Below are positions 19,188-28,700 of a stretch of DNA of 64,000 nucleotides, piece after piece (position 1 is the first letter of the stretch; each line of letters opens with the position of its first letter). Source of the DNA: Chlorobiota bacterium (lineage in GTDB: Bacteria > Bacteroidota > Ignavibacteria > Kapaibacteriales > NICIL-2); the NCBI GenBank assembly GCA_044228285.1, contig JBGAVD010000002.1, positions 225,653 through 289,652 of the forward strand, written 5' to 3'. Both the position numbers and the translations under genes were made by a program. The notes beneath the pieces were generated by a model. That model made no database searches, was not told where the DNA came from, and was given only the letters and a program-made list of their open reading frames with translations.

Positions 19188-21122
19188 TTAGTAATCTCCT
19201 CCAACTTTTCTGAACAACAACTGTGGAATGCTGGATGCCGGAAGTCGAGCTGGAGCTGGTTCGATGTTGAGTTCTTCATTGAGACTTGATATGAACTGAA
19301 GTAGATCTCGAATCTCGGAATCTTTCAATTTCAAGGAATCTGCTGACAGCGTTTGATTTTCTACGTGGAGCTTCCTTCCTTGACCACCGCCGGCGTTGTA
19401 AAAACTCATCACTTGATCGAGTGTCCAGAAGACTCCATTGTGCATGTACGGCTTGGTGCGATCGGCATTGCGAATGGTGCCGGTGCGAAACGCATTCTTC
19501 ATTTCATACGCTGGATGCACAAGATAGCGTCCGCTGTCAGCACTTAGCCGAACAAAGTTTGTGTCGGCTGGCACACCAATAACCTCAAACTCTGAACCAA
19601 CGAATGGCGGTTTCACGCCGTTGAATTGTGGTACAAAGTGACAAGTACCGCATTGCGCCTTCGACATAAACAGATTGAATCCCGTGATCGCACGCGGTGA
19701 AAGTGTACCTTGATTATTCATGGCGTGATCAAAGGGCGCTTGAGCATAGCTGAAGTCTGAGTAGTACAGTGTGATCGCCGAGATGATATGATCAAGACTT
19801 ATGCGAGTGTTGTAGGGTGTGTATGTCACGAAACGTTGAAGCGCATTCTTGTATTCATCAACGCTCAGCACTTTTTCGAGGATCTGCTTTTCTGTGCTCG
19901 ACAACTCTTCTTTAGACTTGAGCACTGCTTTGGCTTGGTCGGACAAGGAAAGGTGTTTGCCGTCAAGCATAAGAAGGTGATTGTGCATCACGTTCAGCAG
20001 CGATGGCGAGTTCCTGCTCAAATTGTGGATGCGATCAAAGGCGATGGCACTTGCTCTTGTCGTGTCAGTGAAAAAGCTAGTTGGATTGTGGCACGAGGCG
20101 CAGCTGCGCTGATTGTTTCCCGAGAGAATGGGATCGTAAAACAAGAGTCTGCCGATACTTTTGATCTGCGCTATGACCTTTTCGTCTTCAACTCCTGCAA
20201 ATACCCCTGACGCGTGCTGAGCTCTGTACAAACGCTTGTCGAAAATACTCGTGCTTGCAGAATTCAGGCTATAGTCATTCACATTCCTGCTCGAGAGATC
20301 ATAGTTCTCAATGGCCTCGTGGTTTAGCGCATACAGCGGATTAACAAAGTCACGAATGAAATGGAAGTGATCAAAGGAGTCTCGATCATGGTCGCGCTTT
20401 GATACGTACCGTACTGTACTCTCAAACTTTTCCTTATAACTTCTCGAAAGAGGGTAGTCAGTGAAGGTTGCGTTGTAGGCAGCATAGAGCTCAAGCATTG
20501 AGCTCAGCATGGTGTCGAGTTCGATGATGACGCGCCCAGCATCCGGACACTCAAAACCTGTGGTGTAGATGGCTGCGAGATTGAGAAGAAAAAGTCGATT
20601 TGCATAAAAGAAGTGTTTGTGCGACGATACTTCACGCGTAATGCTGTCGGCTAGATATGTTCCACTCGCCTGATAGGCAGCTCGCACCAGCGCTCGCACC
20701 GAGTCTCTCTGAACTGACTCTTCATCAAGATACATTTCTGCAAGACTAAGTCCTGCACCTTCGCGCTTATAGGGCTTCTCAAACTTCTCAAACACCTCCG
20801 TCTCCCATTCAACTGGTAGAGGCGCATTGACTTTTTTGTATGCAAGAGGATCTAGGTAACGAAGCCAGATGTCGACCCGCTTCATTGCCAAGCGAGCATG
20901 GTGAATGTCTTGCTTGAGCTCTTCCTTTCCTTTTTCAGTGCTACAATCAGCTACCTCAATTCGTGCTAACAGTGTTTGCTGGTCTTGTCTAAACTGTTGA
21001 ATGCGAGTTCGATACAGTGTTCGATACGGAGAATTCTCTGTTGCTTGTTTGTTTGTCGTGATGCAACTCGTAAAGCAGGTGCTGAGAATGATCACTATGA
21101 TACATGAAGTTGTGCTGTGCAT
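19188..21122 (-). CDS. Di-haem cytochrome c peroxidase (CCP/MauG family) with a ~300-aa N-terminal extension
   Basis: Two CxxCH motifs (CASCHNP, CGTCHFVPQFNG) and the conserved YMHNGVFWTLDQV distal-ligand region typical of bacterial CCPs. The likely start is the ATG at 21122 with signal peptide (MHSTTSCIIVIILSTCFTSC); the ORF tool extends to 21341. Confidence 0.8.
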   Translation of the reverse strand: MHSTTSCIIVIILSTCFTSCITTNKQATENSPYRTLYRTRIQQFRQDQQTLLARIEVADCSTEKGKEELKQDIHHARLAMKRVDIWLRYLDPLAYKKVNAPLPVEWETEVFEKFEKPYKREGAGLSLAEMYLDEESVQRDSVRALVRAAYQASGTYLADSITREVSSHKHFFYANRLFLLNLAAIYTTGFECPDAGRVIIELDTMLSSMLELYAAYNATFTDYPLSRSYKEKFESTVRYVSKRDHDRDSFDHFHFIRDFVNPLYALNHEAIENYDLSSRNVNDYSLNSASTSIFDKRLYRAQHASGVFAGVEDEKVIAQIKSIGRLLFYDPILSGNNQRSCASCHNPTSFFTDTTRASAIAFDRIHNLSRNSPSLLNVMHNHLLMLDGKHLSLSDQAKAVLKSKEELSSTEKQILEKVLSVDEYKNALQRFVTYTPYNTRISLDHIISAITLYYSDFSYAQAPFDHAMNNQGTLSPRAITGFNLFMSKAQCGTCHFVPQFNGVKPPFVGSEFEVIGVPADTNFVRLSADSGRYLVHPAYEMKNAFRTGTIRNADRTKPYMHNGVFWTLDQVMSFYNAGGGQGRKLHVENQTLSADSLKLKDSEIRDLLQFISSLNEELNIEPAPARLPASSIPQLLFRKVGGDY

Positions 21123-21721
21123 CAGCGCTCGCCACCAGTCACGCTTGCAGCTTGCTATCTGAGGTAGGGGGCCAGTGCCGAGCTGCATACTTGTGTGTTG
21201 GAAGTTTAAGCCTGTAAGAGACATAGAAACTAAGTTCTGCACTATTCCAAGATTGATGTTGCGAGTTAGCTGTGACCTAATGTGGTCTTCAATGCTGTTG
21301 GGTACAAGAGCTTCGCGCTTGCCGCTTTTGCTTCTTTCCAAGTTTCTTCTATATACTCCCCGAGTTTTCTGCTCGTCAAGTATTCTTCTTTTTCGACTCG
21401 TCTAGAACAAGAAAATTACGCTGCAGTTCCAAGAAGGAGAAGTCAACAATTGGAAACGCGACGGCTGCTGGACCCGAATACAAACAAGAGTAATCGCTGC
21501 CATAGCTTGAGCGACTCGCTTTCAAAATGCCTTTGGCGAGAAGCGAGGTGCTCCTGAGGAACGCGTCAAGACAAAGACGAAACTTCTCGTCGAATCTACC
21601 AAAAGACCTTCCTACTTCGAATGCTTTAGTCTTCCATTCTCATCTGCTACTGAGCCTGATGATTTGCTACGATTTCAGCGAACTGAGTTCATATGCCACC
21701 CTTTTGCATCTGTACTATAAG

Positions 21722-21740
21722 CTGCAGGCGAAGCCTGCAG
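21722..21740. promoter_or_regulatory. 19-bp perfect palindrome CTGCAGGC-GAA-GCCTGCAG in the divergent intergenic region between the peroxidase operon and the haem-uptake-like locus
   Basis: Directly visible in the sequence; candidate dimeric-regulator operator or small hairpin. Confidence 0.3.
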
Positions 21741-22345
21741 GTTGATAAAAACAACTCTAGAGATCTGCACAAAGTCACCAAAACCGACGCTTGCTCTTTG
21801 TCTCTTTAGTGGATCAAGTGCGCTCTAGATGCGCCAGAAAAGACAGATTCTCAGCTGAAATCCGTCTTGACTCAGCCCAAAGAGTGCATCAACAGCGGCC
21901 TCAGCCAAGTCCAAAAGCAAGGATTTGTATGCGCGCCATAGGATATCTGAGTTTGACAAATGTTAAAAAGAGGCAAAAACAGCAAGAAATGAGGGATTAA
22001 CGAAATAAGACTTGCTAGGTCGTATATATCCTGCTAATTTAGACTAAGTCTAAACAAAGATAGACATTCAGTTTGAATTGAGATTGAGCTTCGTAGGGCA
22101 AAGCTGTTCATTGATCTTCAGGACAGTTGGAGTCCTGAAATGCGGCTCACTCAACATCCCAAAAGGTCGGACAGTTTTGAGGCTCAAAAGAGGGTGATGA
22201 GAAGGGCTGAAGGCAGCGCTCGAATCTGGATCCTGATAGAAAAGCACTGGAAACGATCAGCTGCAGAGCTCAGCACTCTGGCTTTGATCGATCGCTCGAG
22301 CGGTTAATAAAGGCAATGATTACTCACAACATTTTTAGGAATACT

Positions 22346-23584
22346 ATGAAACTTTCGGTACTCGTTATCCTTGCTTTGGCAAGCAGTACGACATTATTCG
22401 GCGCAAGTGATTCGGTTCAGCTTGGACCTGGCTATATGAACGATGTGTTCTATCAGTTTGGAACGCAGAAGAAAACGGAACTTCCTTCGAAGAACTGGGA
22501 CATAGCTTTTGAAGTGCCTGGCTTTTCTTCATCAATTATCACGAATAGTGGAAACGGTGTACGACTCTGGGCTGTGCCAAATTCGACGTATGAGTCGTTT
22601 GCGAAGCCAGTTGATACGAATGCGGTCTTTAAGACACCAGAGTTGCACAACTCCTTCACCAATTGGTCGAGCGGAGCTTTCAATCGCGGAATCGATTTCA
22701 ATACCGGAGACTTTGGCTGGGGCGAGTACAACTCGTCAACTCACGCTGTAAGCGGAACAACACTCTTCGTAATTCAACTTCTCGATAAACAGTACCGTCA
22801 AATCCTCATCGACGTACTCCAGAACAAGACCTACACTATCCGTGTGGCAAACATCGACGGTTCAAATGCGCAGAACTATGACATCCGCAAAGACGATTTC
22901 ATGAAACGCAACTTTGCATACTTCTCGCTTGTGAACGCGCAAACAGTACAGCGCGAACCTGTCGCAGAAGAGTGGGATCTTCTCTTCGGAACCTATACGG
23001 GTTTGAGTGGTCAAGCAATGGACACACCTTATCCTGTACGCGGTGTACTTGCGAATCGCAATGTTCAGGTAGCAATGTACAAAGGGCCAAATCGTGAAAC
23101 TATCCAACACTCAACGCTAAGCTTCGACACGAGCTATCAAGCAATAGGCTATGATTGGAAGAGCTTCAATGGCACGGCCTATGATATCGATGCCGAGCGC
23201 GCATACTTCGTGAAGCGTAGTGATGGACGTGTCTTCCGCCTTTGGTTCACCGAGTTCAAAGGTTCCTCGAACGGAAACATTTCCTTTGATACTGAAGAGA
23301 TGATTGGGTCCTCAGTGCGTGATGGAGAATCACCAGTGGCAAGTATGTCGGTCTATCCCAATCCAGCACCTCGTGGTGAGTGCGTTGTTGTGCTGAACGC
23401 AGAACGTAGTGCGGAGCCAGCAGTGCTCAAAGTGTACAACATCCTTGGTGATGAAGTCTCAACACAGTCGCTTACTCTTGGTAAAGAGCTGACGTTGACT
23501 GTACACGATCTGCAATCGGGTGTGTACACCTTGTGCTTACAAGTAGGCAAGAACTTCGTTAGTCGTAAGCTTATTGTTGACTAG
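22346..23584 (+). CDS. HmuY-like haem-binding protein homologue with T9SS C-terminal sorting domain
   Basis: Signal peptide; the WDIAFE motif resembles the WDMALH region of HmuY; paralogous to the 25937 gene; C-terminal ~80 aa are a T9SS C-terminal domain (VYPNPAPRGE...LTVHDLQSGVYTLCLQVGKNFVSRKLIVD). Confidence 0.5.
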   Translation: MKLSVLVILALASSTTLFGASDSVQLGPGYMNDVFYQFGTQKKTELPSKNWDIAFEVPGFSSSIITNSGNGVRLWAVPNSTYESFAKPVDTNAVFKTPELHNSFTNWSSGAFNRGIDFNTGDFGWGEYNSSTHAVSGTTLFVIQLLDKQYRQILIDVLQNKTYTIRVANIDGSNAQNYDIRKDDFMKRNFAYFSLVNAQTVQREPVAEEWDLLFGTYTGLSGQAMDTPYPVRGVLANRNVQVAMYKGPNRETIQHSTLSFDTSYQAIGYDWKSFNGTAYDIDAERAYFVKRSDGRVFRLWFTEFKGSSNGNISFDTEEMIGSSVRDGESPVASMSVYPNPAPRGECVVVLNAERSAEPAVLKVYNILGDEVSTQSLTLGKELTLTVHDLQSGVYTLCLQVGKNFVSRKLIVD

Positions 23585-23593
23585 AGCATTCAG

Positions 23594-23630
23594 GATGCTG
23601 CACCAGCGACAGTTGTACTGGTGCAGCATC
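23594..23630 (+). terminator. Strong hairpin (13-bp perfect stem, 11-nt loop) between the HmuY-like T9SS gene and the TonB receptor gene; possible terminator or attenuator without a U-tract
   Basis: gatgctgcaccag-cgacagttgta-ctggtgcagcatc; not followed by a T run. Confidence 0.4.
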
Positions 23631-23685
23631 GCTCAAGAAACACACTCTCTTCCATTGATCACACCCTTGATACCGAGAACTTGAG

Positions 23686-25935
23686 ATGTTGCGCTGTCTA
23701 GTCATAGTTCTGATCCTGAGTCAGTGTACTTGTCAGCAAGAGATGAGTGCAAGCCCCGTTGCTGGTTCAACGACCATTCATGTTATTGACACGAACAATG
23801 CTCCCATTGAGCGCTGCGCCGTTTCTGTGCTTCCGCTGCGTCGAGCAAAGATTAGTGAACGAGGCAAGATCTACATGACTGATCGAAAAGGGCAAGTAAC
23901 ACTCGTTGATAGTGGTATGCTCTTTATCCGATTGAACCGCATAGGTTATGCTCCTATTCAGGACACAATAGCAGCTGCACAGTCCAAACGCTATGTGTTG
24001 CACGAGGCTGCAGTGCTAGCGCATGAAGTAGTCGTGACCGCACAGTACGCAGCGCAGAACGCTCAGCAGTCAATGTATAAAGTGCAGGTCGTGGGGAGTG
24101 AACAGATTGAGAAGTCAGGATCGAGTAATCTCCGTGATGTGTTACAACAGAGTCTTGGTATTAGACTTTCGCAAGACAACATCCTCGGGGCGAGTGCGAG
24201 TGTGCAAGGTATCTCTGGTGAGAATGTAAAGATTCTCATTGACGGCGTTCCAGTGATTGGACGTCAGAATGGTTCCGTTGATCTACAGCAACTTCCGCTG
24301 CATGCGATTGAGCGTGTGGAGATTGTTGAGGGACCTCTTTCAACAGTCTATGGTACAAACGCTTTAGCCGGCGCTATAAACCTCATCACGAAAAAAGCCT
24401 CTGCTGAACAGCTGACAGCACAGCTGAAATCGTATTGGGAGTCTGTGGGTCCGATAGGACAGATCAACCTTAGCGCAGATCTTCAATCCACTGTCTTCGA
24501 AACAGCCACCGCGCTCAGTTTGGCAAGGAACTTCTTTGGTGGCTATGCAAATCCCGATACCTCTCGTTGGAAACAGTGGAAGCCACGTGAACAGTTGTCG
24601 GGCGTACTGCAACTCTCTCGACGCATCGGTACACTTGATGTACGTCTGCGAAACAGTTACGACTATGATGCCATCACAAGTAGGGGAACGCCTCGTCAGC
24701 CTTATAATGAAACAGCATTCGATGACTACTTTGTAACACGTCGAGTGAACTCGACGCTCGGCATTGAAACTGATCTTGACAGTGCAGCACATCTCAGCAC
24801 AACCCTTGCGTATTCAAGTTACAAGCGACGGAAGAATAGCTACTTCAAGAACCTCGTAACTCTGGAACAGACCTTAAGTGCGAATAGTGGCGACCAAGAC
24901 ACCTCGTTTTTCTCAGCAATTCTCCTGCGTTCAATTCTCTCGCAGAGCAAAGAGACATCGGCGATCAAGTATCAGATTGGTTTGGATGCGAATCTTGAGC
25001 AAGGGGAAGGAGATCGCTTGCTCGATAATCGACAGTTCATTGGCGACTATGCGCTCTTTGCAAGCCTCCAACTGGTGCCTCATCAAACGATTCATCTTCA
25101 ACCGGCACTTCGTGCCGCTTATAATACAGGCTATGCTTCACCAATCATTCCTGCTGTGAACATGAAGTGGCAACTAGGCTCAGACCTGGTGTTGCGTGCG
25201 TCATATGCGCACGGTTTTCGTGCGCCTTCGCTGAAGGAACTCTACCTGTTTTTTGTCGATATCAACCACAACGTTCAAGGGAACTCTGATTTGCGCGCAG
25301 AAAGCTCGAAGTCGGTACTCGGCGGCATTGATCTGCGAACTGCCATCGGCGGAAAGGTCCTGAAACTCGAACTCAATGGCTTCTACAATGCCATTCGTAA
25401 CATGATTAGTCTCGCAACGGTCGACAGTTCACTATACACCTACGTCAACATAGATCAGTATGCGACACTTGGCGGAAATCTCAAAGCACAGTATCTGTCG
25501 ACGGCACTGACAATTGACGCAGGTGTAGCCTATACTGGACGTCGTTCCGCTCTGAGCTCAACTGCCAACAACACTCGCTACCTTTTCTCACCTGAGCTCA
25601 ACACTCAGATCAACGTGCAGCTTTGGTATACTTCCAACATCCGCGCAACGCTCTTTGCGAAGTACACGGGAGCGCTGCCCCAAATGTTCTTGGCTGCTGA
25701 TGGTGTGGTTCGCGAAGGACTGATTGGTGCATACACTATGATGGACTGTAGTCTGCATGCTATGCCATTTGGAGAAGCGTTAAAAGTCAGTGTTGGGTTG
25801 AAGAACTTTTTGAACGTACAGAGCATTCCATCAACGGTAGGTGCGTCATCGGAAGCACATGCAAGTTCCCAAGGGAGCTTGCCGACGAGTTGGGGTCGCA
25901 CGGCCTTCATACAGTTAGCATATCAACTCTACTAG
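23686..25935 (+). CDS. TonB-dependent outer-membrane receptor (HmuR-like)
   Basis: Signal peptide; plug-domain motif (ILIDGVPVIGRQNGSVDLQQLPLHAIERVEIVEGPLSTVYGTNALAGAINLITK); ~750 aa of beta-barrel; aromatic C-terminus. Confidence 0.9.
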   Translation: MLRCLVIVLILSQCTCQQEMSASPVAGSTTIHVIDTNNAPIERCAVSVLPLRRAKISERGKIYMTDRKGQVTLVDSGMLFIRLNRIGYAPIQDTIAAAQSKRYVLHEAAVLAHEVVVTAQYAAQNAQQSMYKVQVVGSEQIEKSGSSNLRDVLQQSLGIRLSQDNILGASASVQGISGENVKILIDGVPVIGRQNGSVDLQQLPLHAIERVEIVEGPLSTVYGTNALAGAINLITKKASAEQLTAQLKSYWESVGPIGQINLSADLQSTVFETATALSLARNFFGGYANPDTSRWKQWKPREQLSGVLQLSRRIGTLDVRLRNSYDYDAITSRGTPRQPYNETAFDDYFVTRRVNSTLGIETDLDSAAHLSTTLAYSSYKRRKNSYFKNLVTLEQTLSANSGDQDTSFFSAILLRSILSQSKETSAIKYQIGLDANLEQGEGDRLLDNRQFIGDYALFASLQLVPHQTIHLQPALRAAYNTGYASPIIPAVNMKWQLGSDLVLRASYAHGFRAPSLKELYLFFVDINHNVQGNSDLRAESSKSVLGGIDLRTAIGGKVLKLELNGFYNAIRNMISLATVDSSLYTYVNIDQYATLGGNLKAQYLSTALTIDAGVAYTGRRSALSSTANNTRYLFSPELNTQINVQLWYTSNIRATLFAKYTGALPQMFLAADGVVREGLIGAYTMMDCSLHAMPFGEALKVSVGLKNFLNVQSIPSTVGASSEAHASSQGSLPTSWGRTAFIQLAYQLY

Positions 25936-25936
25936 A

Positions 25937-26989
25937 ATGTCATTCAGAATGATGATACATGCTTCAGCTACAAATGTCTCAGCGCGCATATACTTCATCG
26001 CATTGATGCTGACTGCGTTGTTCTTGAGCGGATGCTTGCCAGAGGAGAGTCCAATAGCGCCCTATCCCAGAGGAAGTACCAAGACCAAAACGGTCGCAAT
26101 GGGTGCAGACTACCGAATGCAAGTCTTTGTCTGCCTCGACCAGAATTCTGTGGTAGACAGCGTACACATCCTGGAATGGGATATAGCTTTTGAATCTGCG
26201 GGTAATGGCTTCCACTTGTTGCTCAACCAAGCGAAGTTCTGCGGTTCAGCGCGCTATACATCTGGCAATGCGTGGGACTCGCTGTTTCAATCAACCGATG
26301 AGGTAGCCTTGGTCTATGATGCATCCAATGGCAATCTCGATTCAACATCCATTGGTAGTTGGTGGTCTAGCCTAGGTTCAGAAGATGTCTATGGGAAGGG
26401 TGATCTGTACATCCTGCATCTTGGCACAGACGAGAGAGGTCGTTCACTTGGCTATCGCAAGCTGCGCATTGTTTCGTGCAGAGATAACAACTACACCATT
26501 GAGTTTAAGAACCTTGATGGCACGAACTATCACAAGCTCGTCGTTCCAAGACGTAGCGACAAAGCCTTTGTGCATTGTACGCTACGTGACGGAGGACGTA
26601 TTGTTGAGGATGCAGAGCCAGCAAGTGATCGTTGGGATATCGTCTTTACCAAGTACGTCTTCGCCTTCTGGGAGCCTGATTACTATCCTTATTCCGTCGT
26701 TGGAGTATTGCTCAATAGAGAGAACACCCTTGCGGCGGTTGACAGTTCCAAAGACTATGCGGATATCACTGCACAGGACATATCGAACTACACCTTCTCG
26801 AGCGCGCAAGACATCATCGGATACTCGTGGAAAGACTATGATCTCGCGAATGGAATCTATACAGTGTTTCCTCAGGTCAACTACATCATACGAGATTCCA
26901 AAGGCTTTTACTATAAGCTGCATTTTCTAGACTTCTATGATGAGCGAGGCCAGAAGGGTTCGCCGACCTATGAGTTCGCGAAGCTGTGA
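25937..26989 (+). CDS. HmuY-like lipoprotein (putative haem/tetrapyrrole-binding)
   Basis: Lipoprotein signal (LFLSGC); LEWDIAFESAGNGF motif shared with the 22346 paralogue and with HmuY; immediately follows the TonB receptor (stop/start 1 nt apart). Confidence 0.5.
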   Translation: MSFRMMIHASATNVSARIYFIALMLTALFLSGCLPEESPIAPYPRGSTKTKTVAMGADYRMQVFVCLDQNSVVDSVHILEWDIAFESAGNGFHLLLNQAKFCGSARYTSGNAWDSLFQSTDEVALVYDASNGNLDSTSIGSWWSSLGSEDVYGKGDLYILHLGTDERGRSLGYRKLRIVSCRDNNYTIEFKNLDGTNYHKLVVPRRSDKAFVHCTLRDGGRIVEDAEPASDRWDIVFTKYVFAFWEPDYYPYSVVGVLLNRENTLAAVDSSKDYADITAQDISNYTFSSAQDIIGYSWKDYDLANGIYTVFPQVNYIIRDSKGFYYKLHFLDFYDERGQKGSPTYEFAKL

Positions 26990-27114
26990 GTCTATTCCTC
27001 ATGATCATGTGAAGAACACTACAACAGCTCATCTGTACTTGGTGAAGAGAGTGAAGTAGTCGGCTGAAGATCAAGAATCCATAAACACTAGTAACACATT
27101 ATTCTAAACGTACC

Positions 27115-28086
27115 ATGAAATCAAACAAAACAAGTGAGTGGAGAAGAGCATTGTTCGCGACCCTCGGTGTGTGCGCGCTATTGTTCATTAGCTCTTGCAA
27201 GCAAGATGGAAGCCAGCAGAAAACGAGTGCTCAAAGCGGAGGCTCAAAAGTTGGACTCTTATTGGTTAACCATGGCTCTCGGTCTGCAACGTGGAGAAAT
27301 GCCTTGATGGATTTGGAGTCCCGCGTTCGCGATCGCGTTCTCGCCTCAGGTTCTATTCAGGGCATAAAGACGGCGCACATGGAGTACACTGAGCCGTCCA
27401 TTGCAACGAGATTGAAAGAGTTTGACTCACTGGGGTATACAGACATCATCATAGTGCCCATATTCCTCACGGTGAGTCCTCATACCTTCGACGACATTCC
27501 TACCATCATAGGACAGAAAGAAGATTCTCATTCAGCCGAAATGTTGAAGATCGAGAAGATAGAGCGATACACGCCGAAGGCAAAGACGCACCTCTGTCCA
27601 AACTTGGACTTCAGTCAGATATTGAAGAAGAACGTCTTGCGCAGAGCGCAAGACTTATCAAAGAACCCATCGAAAGAGGGCTTGGTACTGATTGGTTATG
27701 GCGACGAAACATATGACAAGGAGTGGGGCGAGTTGTTCGATACGGTAGCGGACTATGTGAAGGCTGAGACAGGCATTTCAGCGCATAGTTATGGTTGGTG
27801 TGGACACATTGCTCACTACAATCCGGAGAAAACAACAGAGGCAATTCATGAAGTGTTGAAGAAGAAAGAAAGTGCCGTTGTGATTCCAGTGCTCGTTGCA
27901 CACGACGAGAATTTTCAAGTCAAGATCATTGGAACTGGTATTCAGAATGTGAAAGACAAGTCTGCCCAAGTCTACTACAAAGGCGATTCCATACTTCCAG
28001 ATGCAAATGTTGAGCAGTGGGTGATTGATATCAGCGCTGAGTTTGCCAAGAAAATCCAATCACAATCCAGTATAGCAGGGCAATGA
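27115..28086 (+). CDS. CbiK/CbiX-type (class II) chelatase-like periplasmic protein
   Basis: Signal peptide; [12 protein letters not shown] chelatase motif; two-domain CbiK-like length; sits in a haem-uptake-type locus. Confidence 0.65.
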   Translation: MKSNKTSEWRRALFATLGVCALLFISSCKQDGSQQKTSAQSGGSKVGLLLVNHGSRSATWRNALMDLESRVRDRVLASGSIQGIKTAHMEYTEPSIATRLKEFDSLGYTDIIIVPIFLTVSPHTFDDIPTIIGQKEDSHSAEMLKIEKIERYTPKAKTHLCPNLDFSQILKKNVLRRAQDLSKNPSKEGLVLIGYGDETYDKEWGELFDTVADYVKAETGISAHSYGWCGHIAHYNPEKTTEAIHEVLKKKESAVVIPVLVAHDENFQVKIIGTGIQNVKDKSAQVYYKGDSILPDANVEQWVIDISAEFAKKIQSQSSIAGQ

Positions 28087-28655
28087 GCGCTTGGAATCTT
28101 CGGAGAATACGACGATTGAACATTGTCACGCATCGTGATGTTGGGTACATTCTCTCGTCGATGATTCTCATTTACTGTATCTCTGGCTTAGCCCTCAATC
28201 ATATTGATGATTGGAATCCCGATTTCATATTGAAGAAGGATACCGTGAGCTTGGGTAGGAGCTATGTCAAAGACGAAGTTGACAACAAGGCTCTTCACGC
28301 TTTTGCGCAGAAGGTTGGACAAGAGAAGTGGAAGGTCCATGACTTCCCGACTTCCGATCAGCTCAAGGTGTACTTTGATGATGCCTCCCTACATGTGTAC
28401 TTGCTCAAAGGTTATGGAGTCTATGAGCACGTTTCGCGACGACCAATCTTTTATGAGTCAAATGTCTTGCACCGCAACAGCGTGAAAGGATGGAAGTGGG
28501 TATCAGACATCTTTGCCGTGCTCTTGATTGTTGTCAATGTCAGCGGACTGTTCATCCTGCGCGGGAAGACAGGTATCAGCGGTAGAGGGAAGTGGCTCAT
28601 TCTTGGAGGATTGATTCCACCACTGGTGGCAATTGTGGTGCATTCGGTGCTCTAG
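28083..28655 (+). CDS. PepSY-associated TM helix protein (PiuB-like small membrane protein)
   Basis: Two hydrophobic helices ([25 protein letters not shown]... and ...[20 protein letters not shown]); overlaps the upstream gene by 4 nt; typical partner of chelatase/TonB siderophore-haem loci. Confidence 0.55.
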   Translation: MSAWNLRRIRRLNIVTHRDVGYILSSMILIYCISGLALNHIDDWNPDFILKKDTVSLGRSYVKDEVDNKALHAFAQKVGQEKWKVHDFPTSDQLKVYFDDASLHVYLLKGYGVYEHVSRRPIFYESNVLHRNSVKGWKWVSDIFAVLLIVVNVSGLFILRGKTGISGRGKWLILGGLIPPLVAIVVHSVL

Positions 28656-28700
28656 GCGGAGACAGAATTTGTAACGCGCAGCCCAGTGACATGGCGGCGA

